Source: Eledone cirrhosa (lineage: Eukaryota). Taken from it: DNA of 64,000 nt. Numbering within the stretch: the first letter of the stretch is position 1; each line of letters begins with the position of its first letter. The translations under genes were made by a program, and so were the position numbers. Below, piece by piece: positions 13,420 through 25,401 of the stretch. The stretch is taken from contig CAXHJY010001122.1 of assembly GCA_964016885.1 (NCBI GenBank), forward strand, positions 1 to 64,000, written 5' to 3'. Below the pieces are notes generated by a model. The model was given only the letters and a program-made list of their open reading frames with translations, was not told the DNA's origin and did no database searches.

Positions 13420-14560
13420 GGTTGTGTTGTTGTTTTGGGTGTTGGCAGTAGTGCCTCTTTTGTTTTGCAGCTATCTGAGGACAGTAAGCTTTCAGGGGAC
13501 CACTGCTTAAACAGTGGTAATATGAAGGCCGCCTACCCTCAACAGAAATGTTTATGTATGAAATCCCATCCAGAGGCACACGTTGGAGTATTTTCGCTAT
13601 CCGTTCTGGCCTCATGTGGACCATAACTTCCATGCTTGTACCATTGAATGTGCCCCTGGAGGACTTTCCCACAGAAATGATGGTGTCTTCATCGAAATCG
13701 ATGAAGCCAGTTAAAATCCACCAGACGTTTACATCTGGTGTAATGTTCGAAATTTTAATTTTCTGGGTTCTTTTTCCCATTTATGTGGGGAAAAAGGTGT
13801 AAAGGGGGGACACAATTGGCGACACAGCATATTTTTGTGCCGTCAATTGGTCTTTCATCAACACCGAAATGCTTCCAAAAAGTTTACCTTTTTGGATGAA
13901 GGCAATATCCTTCATTGAATTTTTCAGAATCAGTTCAATTTCGTTTTGGGATAATTGGACTGGTTTTTTGACAGATTTGAAACTGTCCTAAAAATTATTG
14001 TTTTTAGGATAGTTTCTCTAGGTAACTGTTGAGGAGAAGTGATGCTGAAAGCACCACTCTCACCAAAAGTTACATACTGCTTTGCATCTCTTAACAATTC
14101 CCTAGCATTGGAGATGTCGAGATATGTAAACAGTTCAGTCTTTTGGACGGTTTGTGCAAAAGAAATATTTTCCTTGTTTGTGGAGTTGTTCGTGTTGCTG
14201 TTGTTGTTGGTGGTGTTGTTGTTATTATTGTTGCTGTTGTTGTTCTTGTTCTTGTTGTCACTATTGTTGTTGTTGTTCTTGTTGTTCTTGTTGTCATTGA
14301 TGTTGATATTGTTCGTATTTTCCTAAGTGTTAGTGTTGTTGTTGTCTTTGATGCTGGTATTATTGGTGTTGTCTTTATTTTTTTCTTTGTTGTTGTTGTT
14401 GTCATTGTTGTTTTTATCATCATTATTGGTGTTGTTGTTATTTTTGTTGTCATTGTACTGTTTGGTATCACTTGTGTCGTTTGGCTTTGAATTCTTTTTT
14501 TTTACAATTTGGTTTCTTCTTTGCATCTCCATAGTATCTATGGAGAAGAAAAGGGAAGAA
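10038..14560 (-). mobile_element. Tx1/L1-clade LINE (E1), degenerate, 3'-truncated
   Basis: ORF1 relic (Asn-rich, VEGRRP zinc-knuckle region) ends at about 12598. ORF2 starts at 12557 with an APE endonuclease (NVRGL, E, YAP, GDWN, SDH) and RT (KSPGLDG, RPITLLN, KAFDRVDH, RQGCPLS, YADD). Confidence 0.92.
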
Positions 14561-14579
14561 GACGATCTTGACGATTCGG

Positions 14580-15892
14580 ATACTGAATCATTATAATAGA
14601 GTCATACTCTACTACCCCAAGTATCGAGTACTCTGTAGAGTAATGGTCTAACGAGTTTCAAACTAGTTCTATCCTGATATATATATGTTTTGAAATATAT
14701 ATTTGATCGGGTGTCAATTGTAATTAAAATCGGGTGCTGCACCATACTGCCAAAAGCGGTTTTTAGACACACCGGACTAATGCAACATTTGTTAATACTT
14801 CGAATAAACCCTATCGTACAGCAGATCCATGTTATTCTTCACTCCTTTATTATTAATACTCCAGGAACCGCTTACCTAGGAACCCGAACACCACAACTAA
14901 GTAAACCTCTTGTTGAGACAAACAATGCCGAACATTAAAACTATTCTCGATACAGAGTACTCCTAACCTCTACTTGGATTGCCTTAAACGATACCTCGTT
15001 AACTTATATACTTAGATGCCACCAGGTTGAGCAACAACTTTAACGCCCGCCATTAACATGGAAAATCACAACATTGGCATGTCACTAAAAATTTGCCTAT
15101 ACCTACAATCAGGGATTATACACTCGGCATGATACAGCGCACCATTGACTTTAACCATCGAATCCGATGGAAAGGATATCATTACGACAAAGGACACACA
15201 ATTGATACTGATGGAAACACTAAAGAGAAATACGGATGTAAATCTTGCAAAAACCCACCAAGTAACCCCCAGCTTGAGGCTTTTGAACTCGACCTCATTG
15301 ACATGATAAGTGGAATTAAGTTTTTAAAAACGCACTGGTCACAACAAACTGCAGAACGACATCAATGCACTTTTGAAAAAACTACGCAATACTGACGGAA
15401 TTATAGTTAAAGTGGACAAAACATCGAACGTATTCACCATGAGCCTAGACACCTACAACAGCTTTATACGCCATGAACTACACAAAAAATGCAGGAAAAC
15501 TCTTGAAGCTACACTTGAGGACATCAACAACGAATGGCTTACTATAGTGAAAAAAACTAGAACTTACTGATAGAACAGAGCGTCTAGCCCTTGTAGTCCC
15601 ACTTTTAACCTGAAAAATCACAAAAATAACTTCGAAACGAACCCTACAATTAGACTGATATGCCCATCAAAATCCGATATAGGTAGAATTAGCAAACATA
15701 TACTAGATAGGGTAATTACACAAATCAAAGATAAACTAAGAATAGAAGTATGATGTAGAACTAGCGAGGGTGTCAACTGATTAAATAAAATAGACAATAA
15801 GGAAACATCTAATTTCAGACAGTTCGATATTAACCATTATTACTCATCCATATCTCCAGTCATCCCAAACAAGGCACTAGATTTTTCAGAAC
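14580..15892 (+). mobile_element. Penelope-like element, 5' part (pLTR-like region plus decayed ORF N-terminus)
   Basis: Translation gives SLK..PIP..RIRWK, LEAFELDLIDMI, VKVDKTSN, NPTIRLICPSKSDIGRISKHILD and FDINHYYSSI, typical of Penelope-like RT N-termini. The upstream segment 14710-14850 recurs at 22930-23070. Confidence 0.8.
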
Positions 15893-18018
15893 ATTCACAC
15901 ATCCAACTCTTATATTGGCCATGTTGGTTCTGAAAAGTTAAAAGAAGAGGAGAAGAAAACACTCACCTCTTCGTCTCTCGAGGATCAGGCCGCACGGTTT
16001 CCATGGGGGTGTTAGAGGGGTTGTCTGGGTGGGTGGTGGTTTCCGGCGGAGTGGGGACGGAGATGTTTGGTGGGGTGGGGGTGTCTAGGGTGGGGTGTCT
16101 AGGGTGAGGGTGGGGAAACTTTTTTAAAAGGACGCGGTTAATGGGTTTAACACAAAGATTACCCACGTCCTTAGGAAAGTTTTCCTTTAAAGACTTATAG
16201 GTGTCTGTAGGGACCCTAATCATCTTTAAATTAGGTTTGTCTACACAGTTTGAAAAAGTTTTCCCTTCGGTTTTCACCGAAGGGTCGTTGGAGATGGCTT
16301 CCATTAAAGTTTTTTTTTACTGTTTATGTATGTGTAATGTTCTTGTTGTGTTGCGGTGGTTTTTGTCTGTTGTTCTTGTGGGAGCTTTCGTTTTGTTGTA
16401 GGTATTTGTGTTTGGAGTGATGTCGTGGTTTTGTTTTCGGGACGGGGGTTTTTGTTTGTAATGTTTGTTTTGTCTGTGTAGGTGGTTGTATGCTTGTAGT
16501 GATGTTTGTTGCTTTTTTGTTCTTGTGGTCTCTTTTCTTCTTTCTTTTCGAACGGAGAGGCTCTCCATCATCGTCACTTGGTGATGATGAGGAGGCCTCG
16601 TCCGTTATGGTGTCTGTGTTATTTGGAAGGGTTATGTTTTGGGGAGATGTTGTGTTTGTGGGTGGTTTGCAGTGGTTTTAGGTGGAGTGGGGTTGGGTGG
16701 GACTGTGCTTGCAGGTCGGTTTGTTGTTCTTGTTTTGGTTATGTTTGCGTGTAGTTGTTGTTGTGGTGGTGGTGGTGGTTGTGTTGTTGTTTTGGGTGTT
16801 GGCAGTAGTGCCTCTTTTTTTTTGGTAGTTAACTTAGGACAGTAAGCCTTCAGGTGACCACTGCTTAAACAGTGGTAACATGAAGGCCGCCTACTCTCAA
16901 CAGAAATGTTTATGTATGAAATTCCATCCAGAGGCACACGTTGGGGTATTTTAGCTATCTGTTCTGGCCTCATATGGACCAGAACTTCCATGCTTGTACC
17001 ATTGAATGTGCCTCTGGAGGACTTTCCCACAGAAATGATGGTGTCTTCGTCGAAATCGATGAAGCCAGTTAAAATCCACCAGACGTTTACATTTGGTGCA
17101 ATGTTCGAAATTTTTATCTTGTGTGTTCTTTTTCCCATATATATGGGGAAAAAGGTGTAAAGGGGGGACACAATCGGCGATACAGAATATTTTTGGTCTT
17201 TCAACAACACCGAAATGCTTCCAAAAAGTTTCCCTTTTGGGATGAAGGCAATATCCTTCATGGAATTCTTCAGAACCAGTTCAATGTCGTTTTGAGATAA
17301 TTGAACTGGTTTTTTCGACACATTTAAAACCGTCCTAAAAATTACTGTTTTTATAACAGTTTCTCTGCGTAACTGTTGAGAAGTGATTGCTGAAAGCACC
17401 ACTCTCACCAAAAGTTACATACTGTTTTGCATCGCTTAACATTTCCCTAGCATTCGAAATGTCAAGGGATGTGAACAGTTCCGTCTTTTGGACGGTTTGA
17501 GCAACGGAAATCTTTTCCTTGTTCGTGGAGTTGTTCGTGTTGCTGTTGTTGTTGGTGGTGTTGTTATCATTGTTGCTGTTGTTGTTCTTGTTGTCATTAT
17601 TGTTGTTCTTGTTGTTGTTATTGTTGTTCTGGTTGGTGTTGTTTATATTTTGCATGTTATTGGTGTTTGTGTTAGTGTTGATGTTACAATCAACGTCCGA
17701 CATCGTGTTTTCAAAACTGACGACATTTTCGATGTCTTTCAATGAGGTGGTGAGAGGAGGTGACTGCGAGCTTAACACTCTTACCGCCTCTCCACCACTT
17801 CTAGTTATGAACGCAGAGTTCATGACTGAATGCAAGGTTTGTTTACAATTTTTCACCGGCGAAATTTTTTCCAAACGAAAATTTCACCCCAGGAAGGGGT
17901 GAAGATGACTTGACCCACTGTCTGAAAGTCCAGACGTGGGGTCAAGCTATAAAATAGTGATAAATTTAACAATAAATTTTTGATTTCTTACTTAGAAAAT
18001 CAACAAAAACTTACCAAA
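15893..18018 (-). mobile_element. Tx1/L1-clade LINE (E2): 5' UTR, ORF1 and first codons of ORF2
   Basis: It is a paralog of E1 ORF1 with the CYHCLSSGHLKAYC zinc knuckle. ORF1 stops at 15963 and ORF2 starts MANIRVGCVN at 15922. The 5' side abuts a (GATA)n tract. Confidence 0.88.
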
Positions 18019-18759
18019 TAGATAGATAGATATGTGTACCAAACACACACACACATTTCTTACTCTCTCTGTCCCTCCTCTTTTCTCTCTTCATTTATAT
18101 ATATATATGTGTGTGTGTGTGTGTGGCGTTGTTATTTGGCGTTGTTGAAAAGAGCAGTGGCCTTTGATCTGGCAATAAAAAAACTGTAGACAAAATTCTT
18201 TCTGTACCCAAACCAAGGCACACATACACACACACACACACAAGTTTGTGTGTGTGTGTGTGTATGTATATGTGTGTCTGTGTGTGTGTGTGTGTGTATG
18301 TGTGTGCGTGTGCGTCTATGTGTGTCTGTGTATCTATCTATGTATATATATATATAAGGGATACAAATACTACTTTCTCACTGTCACCAAGCTTCTCAAT
18401 TCATTCGTTGCTAAGTATTTTATTTTGCTACGAGGTATTTTATTTTGCAAGGTACTATTTTTCCCCTGAGTTTGTGATTTCAGAGAAAGGTAAGAAATTC
18501 TTCATATTTTACATCTTTTGTATTTTGACTTTACAGTTTGAATTATAGAAATATAATTATCAAAATATTACAACAGCTAACAGTGAAATATAGAATTTAA
18601 AAAAAAAAGCTTTTTCGACTGAAATCAAGTCTTTGAGAACATTCTATTTTTCAAAATATATAATTTGAAATAGTTTGCTTTTGTTTTGGACTGAAACTTT
18701 TTTTGTATTTAATTCGTACGGGTATTTTTTAAAGATCTTTTTAAAGATTCTAACATAAC

Positions 18760-19941
18760 TTGATTTGGCCCATTAAGTGCACTGCGGCATTCATATTTCT
18801 CAACTTATTATAGCTAAGTCCGTACAACAAGCTTCACTTATCAAAAATGTTCTAGATTACGTGAATGAATTGCGGAAACTATATAGTACATCAGGGAAAT
18901 TTAAGCACGCGTATTTATCACATGATGAAGAAAATGAAGTATCGTCACCACGCACCTTAAAACCTGTGTGCTCTACCCGATGACTAACACTACTTTCTGC
19001 AGTCAAAGCTCTTCTTGACAATTATTCAGATGTCCCTATTTCTTTACAAGAGGCAACAAATGATTTTGGCACCAACATTGCATCCAGAGCTAATGTTATT
19101 CTTACGTGTCACTCTCCGGGCCAATGTGTTCTTGGATTGCACGTTGTAGTTCCATTACTTCAATTCCTTGAAGGATTGAACAAATATTTTCAAAGTACCA
19201 CCTTCAATCTAGGTAGCATGTTGCATAGTGTCAAACTGGTGCAGGAGGAGCTAAAAAAATCTACGCAGTGAAGAAAAATTTCAGAAGCTGTTCAATACAG
19301 CAGAAAAAATTATTTATCAACTCGATATTTCTCCTTTGGAGCTACCCAGGCAACGAAAAGTTCCTAAAAGATACGAGGAAGGAAGATCATTACAGAGTGC
19401 AGTATTTGCAGGTAGTGGATACTGCAATATCAAATTTGAAAGATTATTATTTTTCACAGGATTTAGCAGATTATGAAAAACTGAGCAATATTTTACTCAA
19501 TGGAAATGTTTGTGCTGAAGTGATCATGCACTATCCAGAGCTTGTTGAATGTTCTTTAAGGAACGAAATACTTTTTATAGAAATCATCATAATGGATCAT
19601 CTCTCGAGGATCATCGTAAAATATTCGGTGAAATGCAACCAGAAGTCCGTTGCAGGTTTCTAAATGTTGAGCGATTGCTAAGGCTACTTTTAATGTTTCC
19701 AACCAGTTCTTGTGAAGCTGAAAGATCTTTTAGCGCTCTGCAGAGACTCAAAACTTGGTTGCGATCGCCCATGACTCAGCAAAGGTTGAATCATATTCTA
19801 ATATGCCACATTCATAGAGATGTTTTGAAAAAGATTAGTTGTGAAGAAATTGCTAAATTATTTATTGACAAACGAGAAATTGCTAAATTATTTATTGACA
19901 AACGAGGCCCCTGGAAAAGAGCAACATTATTCATGAATTGA
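18760..19941 (+). pseudogene. hAT transposase relic (ZMYM1-like/Tip100-like), C-terminal half
   Basis: Motifs include VHCGIH (CxxH), LKPVCSTR(W) and PTSSCEAERSFSALQRLKTWLRSPMTQQRLNH (hAT dimerization domain). Stops and frameshifts are present. Confidence 0.88.
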
Positions 19942-20617
19942 ATTCACTGACCCGTTCATCACCGTGTTCGGCTTGACCTCGATATTTCAGCTCATTCTTA
20001 CTAACATTCGGTTTGCTTGACCCCATCTTCTCTTCATTGCATTTCCACGTCATTTATTCTATAACTAGGTTGTTGTTATTCCTATATAAACTGACTGTTT
20101 ATACTACGATCAAGTCTTATTATAGCCTTGGGCTTAAGGAAGTGCTTTTGTAGTCTTCAACAGTCATCCATTATAATTGCAGCACCATTACAAGAATATC
20201 ACAGTGATGCATTAAGGTAAGGGCGATAATTTGAGTAACTCTGACTAATAAGTAATGTCTTAACTTAGTATTATCGCGTCTTATCACTACGTGCTTAATT
20301 GATGAATTCCATTTCAAAATAGCACATTACTAGTCATTCTTGCATTAAGTTCTATTGAACTCGTTGCCTCATTGATCCTTTATTGAGTCTGCCACCTTAA
20401 TTCCCTCAAGCTAAGTTATTACTATTCCTACATGAAAGACTGGTAAATGTTCATATATAACTTGTCTCAACTTGGTTAGTATTTGTGTTTTTCATTGCAG
20501 TTGTGTTTATTACAAAGCGTTATTCCAGAACATTACTTGAAACTTTATCATACTGGAACAGGACTCATTATAGTAAATTCCTTATACATAATTTTATAGG
20601 CTTATATAGGCAAATCT

Positions 20618-22385
20618 TTGCGTAAGTTTACCAAACAGAAAATGGCCTCAGCAATGAAGAAAAAAGGCAGGCAGTACAGCGTTGATTACTTACGGTTCGG
20701 ATTCATCCCATCGCCATCGAACCACCTGTCACCCATGTGTTTAATTTTCAAGGAGTCCTTTTCGAATGAGGCGATGAAGCCATCGCGTTTGAGTAGACAC
20801 CTGGAGGTGAGGCACCCCGATAAGAGATATAAAGATTTAGCATACTTTCAGTCTCTTAGGGACCAATTGCAGGAAACAACACTAATTTCTTCTGCCTTTT
20901 CAAAAGTTGAAGCTTCAAATGTTGATGGACTTGTCGCATCTTACAATATTGCCAACATAATCGCAAAGTGTGGCCAGCCCCATTCCTTGGGTGAAACATT
21001 GGTAGCTCCTGTCATCTCAGAAGTTCTTTCAACAGTACTACATCAGAACCCGTTAAAGACCTTGAAATGTATTCTGTTGAGTAACGACTCAATAAGGAGA
21101 CGCATCGACGAAATGGCGGAAAATGTTGAACAAAAATTATGCAACATCTTGAAATCGACACAATTTGCTTTGCAACTTGATGAAAGCACACTTTCCGGGA
21201 ATCAGTCCTTACTACTGGGATACGTGCGATTTTTCCACCAAAACGAAATGCACGAGGAGCTTCTCTTCACTCTGAATCTAGCCACGGATACTAAAGGTGC
21301 CACCATCTTTGAATCTGTCAAGGGATACCTCGAAGAAAAAGAGATAACTCTTAACAATATTGTATCATGTGCTACCGACGGCGCAAGAGCAATGGTCGGC
21401 CTTCTGAAGATGGAAAATCCATCTGTATTTGCTGTTCATTGTGTCATTCATCGACAACACTTGGCTGCGAAGAAACTCAGCGAGCCGCTGAGCAAGTCTT
21501 TGCAGGTAGCCATTGATGTCATCAATTATATCAAACGCCATGCCCTCAATGAACGAATTTTCCGGCAACTGTGCGAAGATAATGACGAAGAATTCGTTGA
21601 GTTGTTCCTTCATACTGAAGTGAGGTGGCTTTCAAAGGGCAAGTGCCTTACTCGATTCTTTGAACTGTTCGACTCTATCATTGAGTTTCTTCGAGGACGC
21701 AACACAAAACTGTATTAAAAAAACCCTCGATGTGAGGCAAGACTGCGCCTACCTCGCCGACATCTTCGACAAATAAATAGCCTCATTATGGCTTTGCAGG
21801 GGGAGAAGATCACCTTGTTTAAAGCAAGGAATGCTGTGAAAATATTCCTGGCCAAATTGAAAGTCATCGAAAGGAATCTTTGTCAACGGGAATTCTATAA
21901 TTTTCCTAGTGTCGCCAATGTTCAAAACATTGTGAGTGATGACCAACTCCAAATGTATACCGCGCACCTCCTTGCACTACAAGACAACATGAGAGAACGG
22001 TTTGCAGACGAACATCCCAATGTGGATAGCAGATCCCTTCATAGCTAACGTCGACGATTTGGACGTTAAATTTCAGGAAGAATTAATTGAACTTCAGACA
22101 GATGACATTATCAAAATTAAATTTTCCAAAATAGGTGAACCCCTTTTTTGGATGCAAGAGGAAATTCAGCGTCGATTTCCACTCCTACATGCATAGGCTA
22201 AGAGATTTGCCTTTTCCTAGCTCATACTTAGTCGAGAGGGGTTTGGCGCTGTTTCCAGACTGCATAGTAAGGCTCGCAACCGCTACAATGTGATTGCACG
22301 TGGAGATCTCCGGCTACATCTTACGAAAATCCAGCCTGACGTAAAAGAGTTAGCTAAACTCCATGAAGCTCAAGGGTCCCATTGA
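20618..22385 (+). pseudogene. hAT transposase relic, Buster/Charlie (SCAND3/ZBED5-like) group
   Basis: Motifs include RQYSVDYLRFGF, MKPSRLSRHL..H (BED), FALQLDEST, TDGARAMVG, HCVIHRQHL, HTEVRWLSKG, SYLVERG and RGDLRLHLTKIQPD. It is frameshifted after 21718. No TIRs were recognised. Confidence 0.92.
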
Positions 22386-22652
22386 AACGAGGTCAAAGTA
22401 AGTCGATTTTTATTTGTAGTTGCAGTCTAACTGGACTGGAAACCATCTACAATTCACTTACTCATTTGGTGTATATATTTTACCGTTTACTAATGAATAT
22501 ACCCTCTTACGTGGTCATGAAAACCCTCTTCCGTGGTCTCTAAGCTCACAAATCGGAGGGCACATCAAGTTAGATATCAACATTTATTCTGTCCGTTTCA
22601 TTAAAGGGAAAATTGGAAAGCTTTGAAAATAATACAATTGCCACTTTCTTCC

Positions 22653-22848
22653 GGGGTGGTGGATTGGCAGTATCGGTAGAGGGTCGGACGCCATGCTTTG
22701 ACGCATAGAGTTACGGCCCTTTCCATTCTGAGTTCAAATCCTGTCGAGGTTAACTTTGCCTTTCATCCTTACGGGGTCGATAAAATAAAGTACCAGTAAT
22801 GTGCTATGTAATTTCTGGCCTTGTGCCAAAAGTAGAAACAATTATTAT
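22653..22848 (+). mobile_element. tRNA-derived SINE, full length
   Basis: A-box-like TGGCAGTATCGG, B box GAGTTCAAATCC, the conserved core and an (ATT)n tail are present. Confidence 0.9.
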
Positions 22849-22899
22849 TCTTGTTATTTTTCATGTATCTATAAACACTAGCGTACTCTATCATCCACA

Positions 22900-23065
22900 C
22901 AGAATCAGTATTTTGAAAATTTGGTCACGTGTCAATTGTAATTGAAATCGAGTGCCGCGGCATACTGCGTTTAGCGGGTTTTAGACACACTGGACTAATG
23001 AAATATTTGTTAATACTGCGAATAAACTCTATTGTAGAGCCGATCCATGTTATTCTTCACCCATT

Positions 23066-23070
<5 letters not shown>
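22900..23070 (+). repeat. Penelope pLTR-like fragment
   Basis: It is similar to 14710-14850, contains AATAAA, and ends in (TA)n. Confidence 0.6.
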
Positions 23071-23103
<33 letters not shown>

Positions 23104-23107
<4 letters not shown>

Positions 23108-23330
23108 ATTTAATTATGGAGCGTGGATGGTTGGAGTTATAACTAATGTAGGCTAGGTTTTCATTATTTTTATGGAAAGACTCAATTAGTCCCATGTTTA
23201 AGTTAAGTATTACTTCTAGGAAGTTTGCTCTTTTTAAATTCTGCTCGATGTTTTTCCGTAAACAATCCATGCTTTGATTGTTCGTGTTTTTAGCTAAAAT
23301 GACCACATCGTCTCTATGAATTCCAAGCGA
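23104..23330 (-). mobile_element. Penelope-like RT fragment
   Basis: Translation gives GIHRDD (decayed YRDD), ANFLEVILNL and YISYNSNHP. Confidence 0.75.
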
Positions 23331-23334
23331 CCGT

Positions 23335-24304
23335 CCAGCTACACGTGGCAGAGAGATGTCACAGCGTGTTTAGGGCAGTGAACCAGTGGTATCTGAGGGA
23401 CGAGCTGCTAGAAAGGGCACCCTAAAAACCACTCAAAGAAGTGTGCTTAACCAAACAGAGAGAGAGGAAAGACTGTTATAAGGAGCGAAATATGACGATA
23501 AATTAATGGAGCCATAGACTCTCGTTATTCCCTGTCAATAATGTACTCAAAGGAAAAGGAATCCTGAGCTCTTTAAAATACAATATGTTGAAAGGGTAAC
23601 ACACTAGAGAGATATAGTGCGCCATCAATAAAACAGGGAAAACCAGCAGCTCGTCCCTCAGATACCACTGGTTCACTGCCCTAAACACGCTGTGACATCT
23701 CTCTTCCGCGTGTAGATGGACAGTCGCTTTAGATTCTCTTAGAGTTGTCTGGAACGTATAGTCTTGCACGCTGATGACCCATAACCTATTCCATTTCAGT
23801 CAACAATTTCCTAGCGAAAACAGATCTCTTTGGATTTATAGGCGTGTGTTATATAGTTATAGAGCTGCGTATATGCATTTTAATTTATATTTGTAATTAT
23901 TGTGTGTCTACCCAGCCTTCCATAGATTATAGATTCCATACACTGGTGGTTTTCCCTGTTTTATTGATGGAGCACTATCTCTCTCTAGTGTGTTACCTTT
24001 TCAACATATTGTATTTTAAAGAGCTCAGGATTCCTTTTCCTTTGAGCACATTATTGACATTATTGAAAGAGTGGTGGATTGGCAGTATCGATAGAGAGTC
24101 GGACGGCATGCTTTGACGCATAGAGTTACGGCCCTTGCCATTCTGAGTTCAAATCCCGCCGAGGTTAACTTTGCCTTTCATCCTTACGGGGTCGATAAAA
24201 TAAAGTACCAGTAATGTACTGGGTAATTGCTGGCCTTGTGCCAAAAGTAGAAACAATTATTGACAGGGAATAACGAGAGTCTATGGTTCCCTTAATTTAT
24301 CGTG

Positions 24305-24305
<1 letters not shown>
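23335..24305. repeat. Two nested inverted duplications (23335-23410 vs 23645-23720; about 23495-23645 vs about 23948-24305)
   Basis: Reverse-complement matches are directly visible. The second arm is interrupted by a SINE. Confidence 0.8.
24069..24261 (+). mobile_element. tRNA-derived SINE, full length, with target-site duplication
   Basis: ATTATTGACA occurs at 24050-24059 and 24256-24265. The empty site is visible in the inverted paralog at about 23530. Confidence 0.92.
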
Positions 24306-24335
<30 letters not shown>

Positions 24336-24373
24336 ATAAATGAAGAATTAGAAATAGAATTTAGGAATATCCG

Positions 24374-24470
24374 TCATCAGTTGTCTACTAGCCATCATAG
24401 GTATTTCTTCGCATTACAGACAATATACCTTCAGCTAGGGCGATACAATAACTAAAATAAGTTATTGGGA
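24374..24470 (-). ncRNA. Conserved structured RNA motif (hairpin plus pseudoknot with hammerhead-core nucleotides), copy B
   Basis: Pairings CUAGC/GCUAG, AGGUAU/AUACCU and UUGUCU/AGACAA are followed by CUGAUGA. It covaries with copy A. Function is inferred only. Confidence 0.5.
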
Positions 24471-24888
24471 TAAAAAGAGTTTGGTGGAGAAAGAGAGACA
24501 GGTAAACAGACACGAATGGTGAGGCAACGTAAAGAGAGGAAAAAATGAAAACATCAAGTCAATAATTCATTTCGAACATAAGAACAGGCGAATTTTGATA
24601 GGAGGTAAAGACACATCTAGGCCGTACGGATGTGAGCGAGGAAAAGGATGGCGTACGGTGTGGGACGATGTAGGAAGTGAGAGAGAGGGTGAGTGGCAGA
24701 GAGTGAGTGAGTGAAAGTGCGAGGAAGAGGCTAGCCGAGAGAGGGTGACTAGCAGAGCGGTGAGTGAAAGTAAGAGAGAGAAGGAGAGAGAAGGGAGAGA
24801 GAGAAAGAGGATAGCAGTAAGGGAAGAGAAAAAAGACAGTGCTCTACCACTACGGATATTACCTTCCAGTATTCTACCTCTATATATT

Positions 24889-24923
<35 letters not shown>

Positions 24924-24934
24924 GTATGTGTGTG

Positions 24935-25281
24935 TCAATGTGCGTGAACGACCAAGCTTAGACGAGTTGAGAAAGAAACTGGATATAAGAGGGATAAGTT
25001 GTGGTGTGCAGGAGAGAAGTCTGAGATTTTATGGACATATAATGCGCATAGAGGATGACCGATGGGTGAAGAAGTGCCAGGAAGTTCCAGTGGAGGGAAG
25101 ACGCAGTAGAGGTAGACCACGAAAAACATGGGCATAGGTGGTGAGAGCAGACCTCAGATCGCTGAAACTCACGGAGGAGATGACGAAGGACCGTGACGGG
25201 TGGAGAGATGCTGTTCTGAATAGAACCCGTCCAACCCTTGCAAGCAGGGAAAAGCGGACGTAAAATGATGATGATGATGAT
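24935..25281 (+). mobile_element. RTE-clade LINE 3' fragment
   Basis: Translation gives LRFYGHIMRIEDDRWVKKC..RGRPRKTW. It has a (GAT)n tail and is flanked by (TG)n/(TA)n. Confidence 0.88.
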
Positions 25282-25311
25282 ATATCTATGTATGTATGTA
25301 TATACATATAA

Positions 25312-25374
<63 letters not shown>

Positions 25375-25401
25375 AATGTATATATATATATATATATATA
25401 T

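Noticed and set aside
22653-22745. tRNA gene
   Set aside because: The A/B boxes belong to the repeated SINE head, and no cloverleaf is evident.
23765-23850. Possible hammerhead (CTGATGA..GAAA..TA)
   Set aside because: Stems II and III do not pair convincingly; it is at best a relic.
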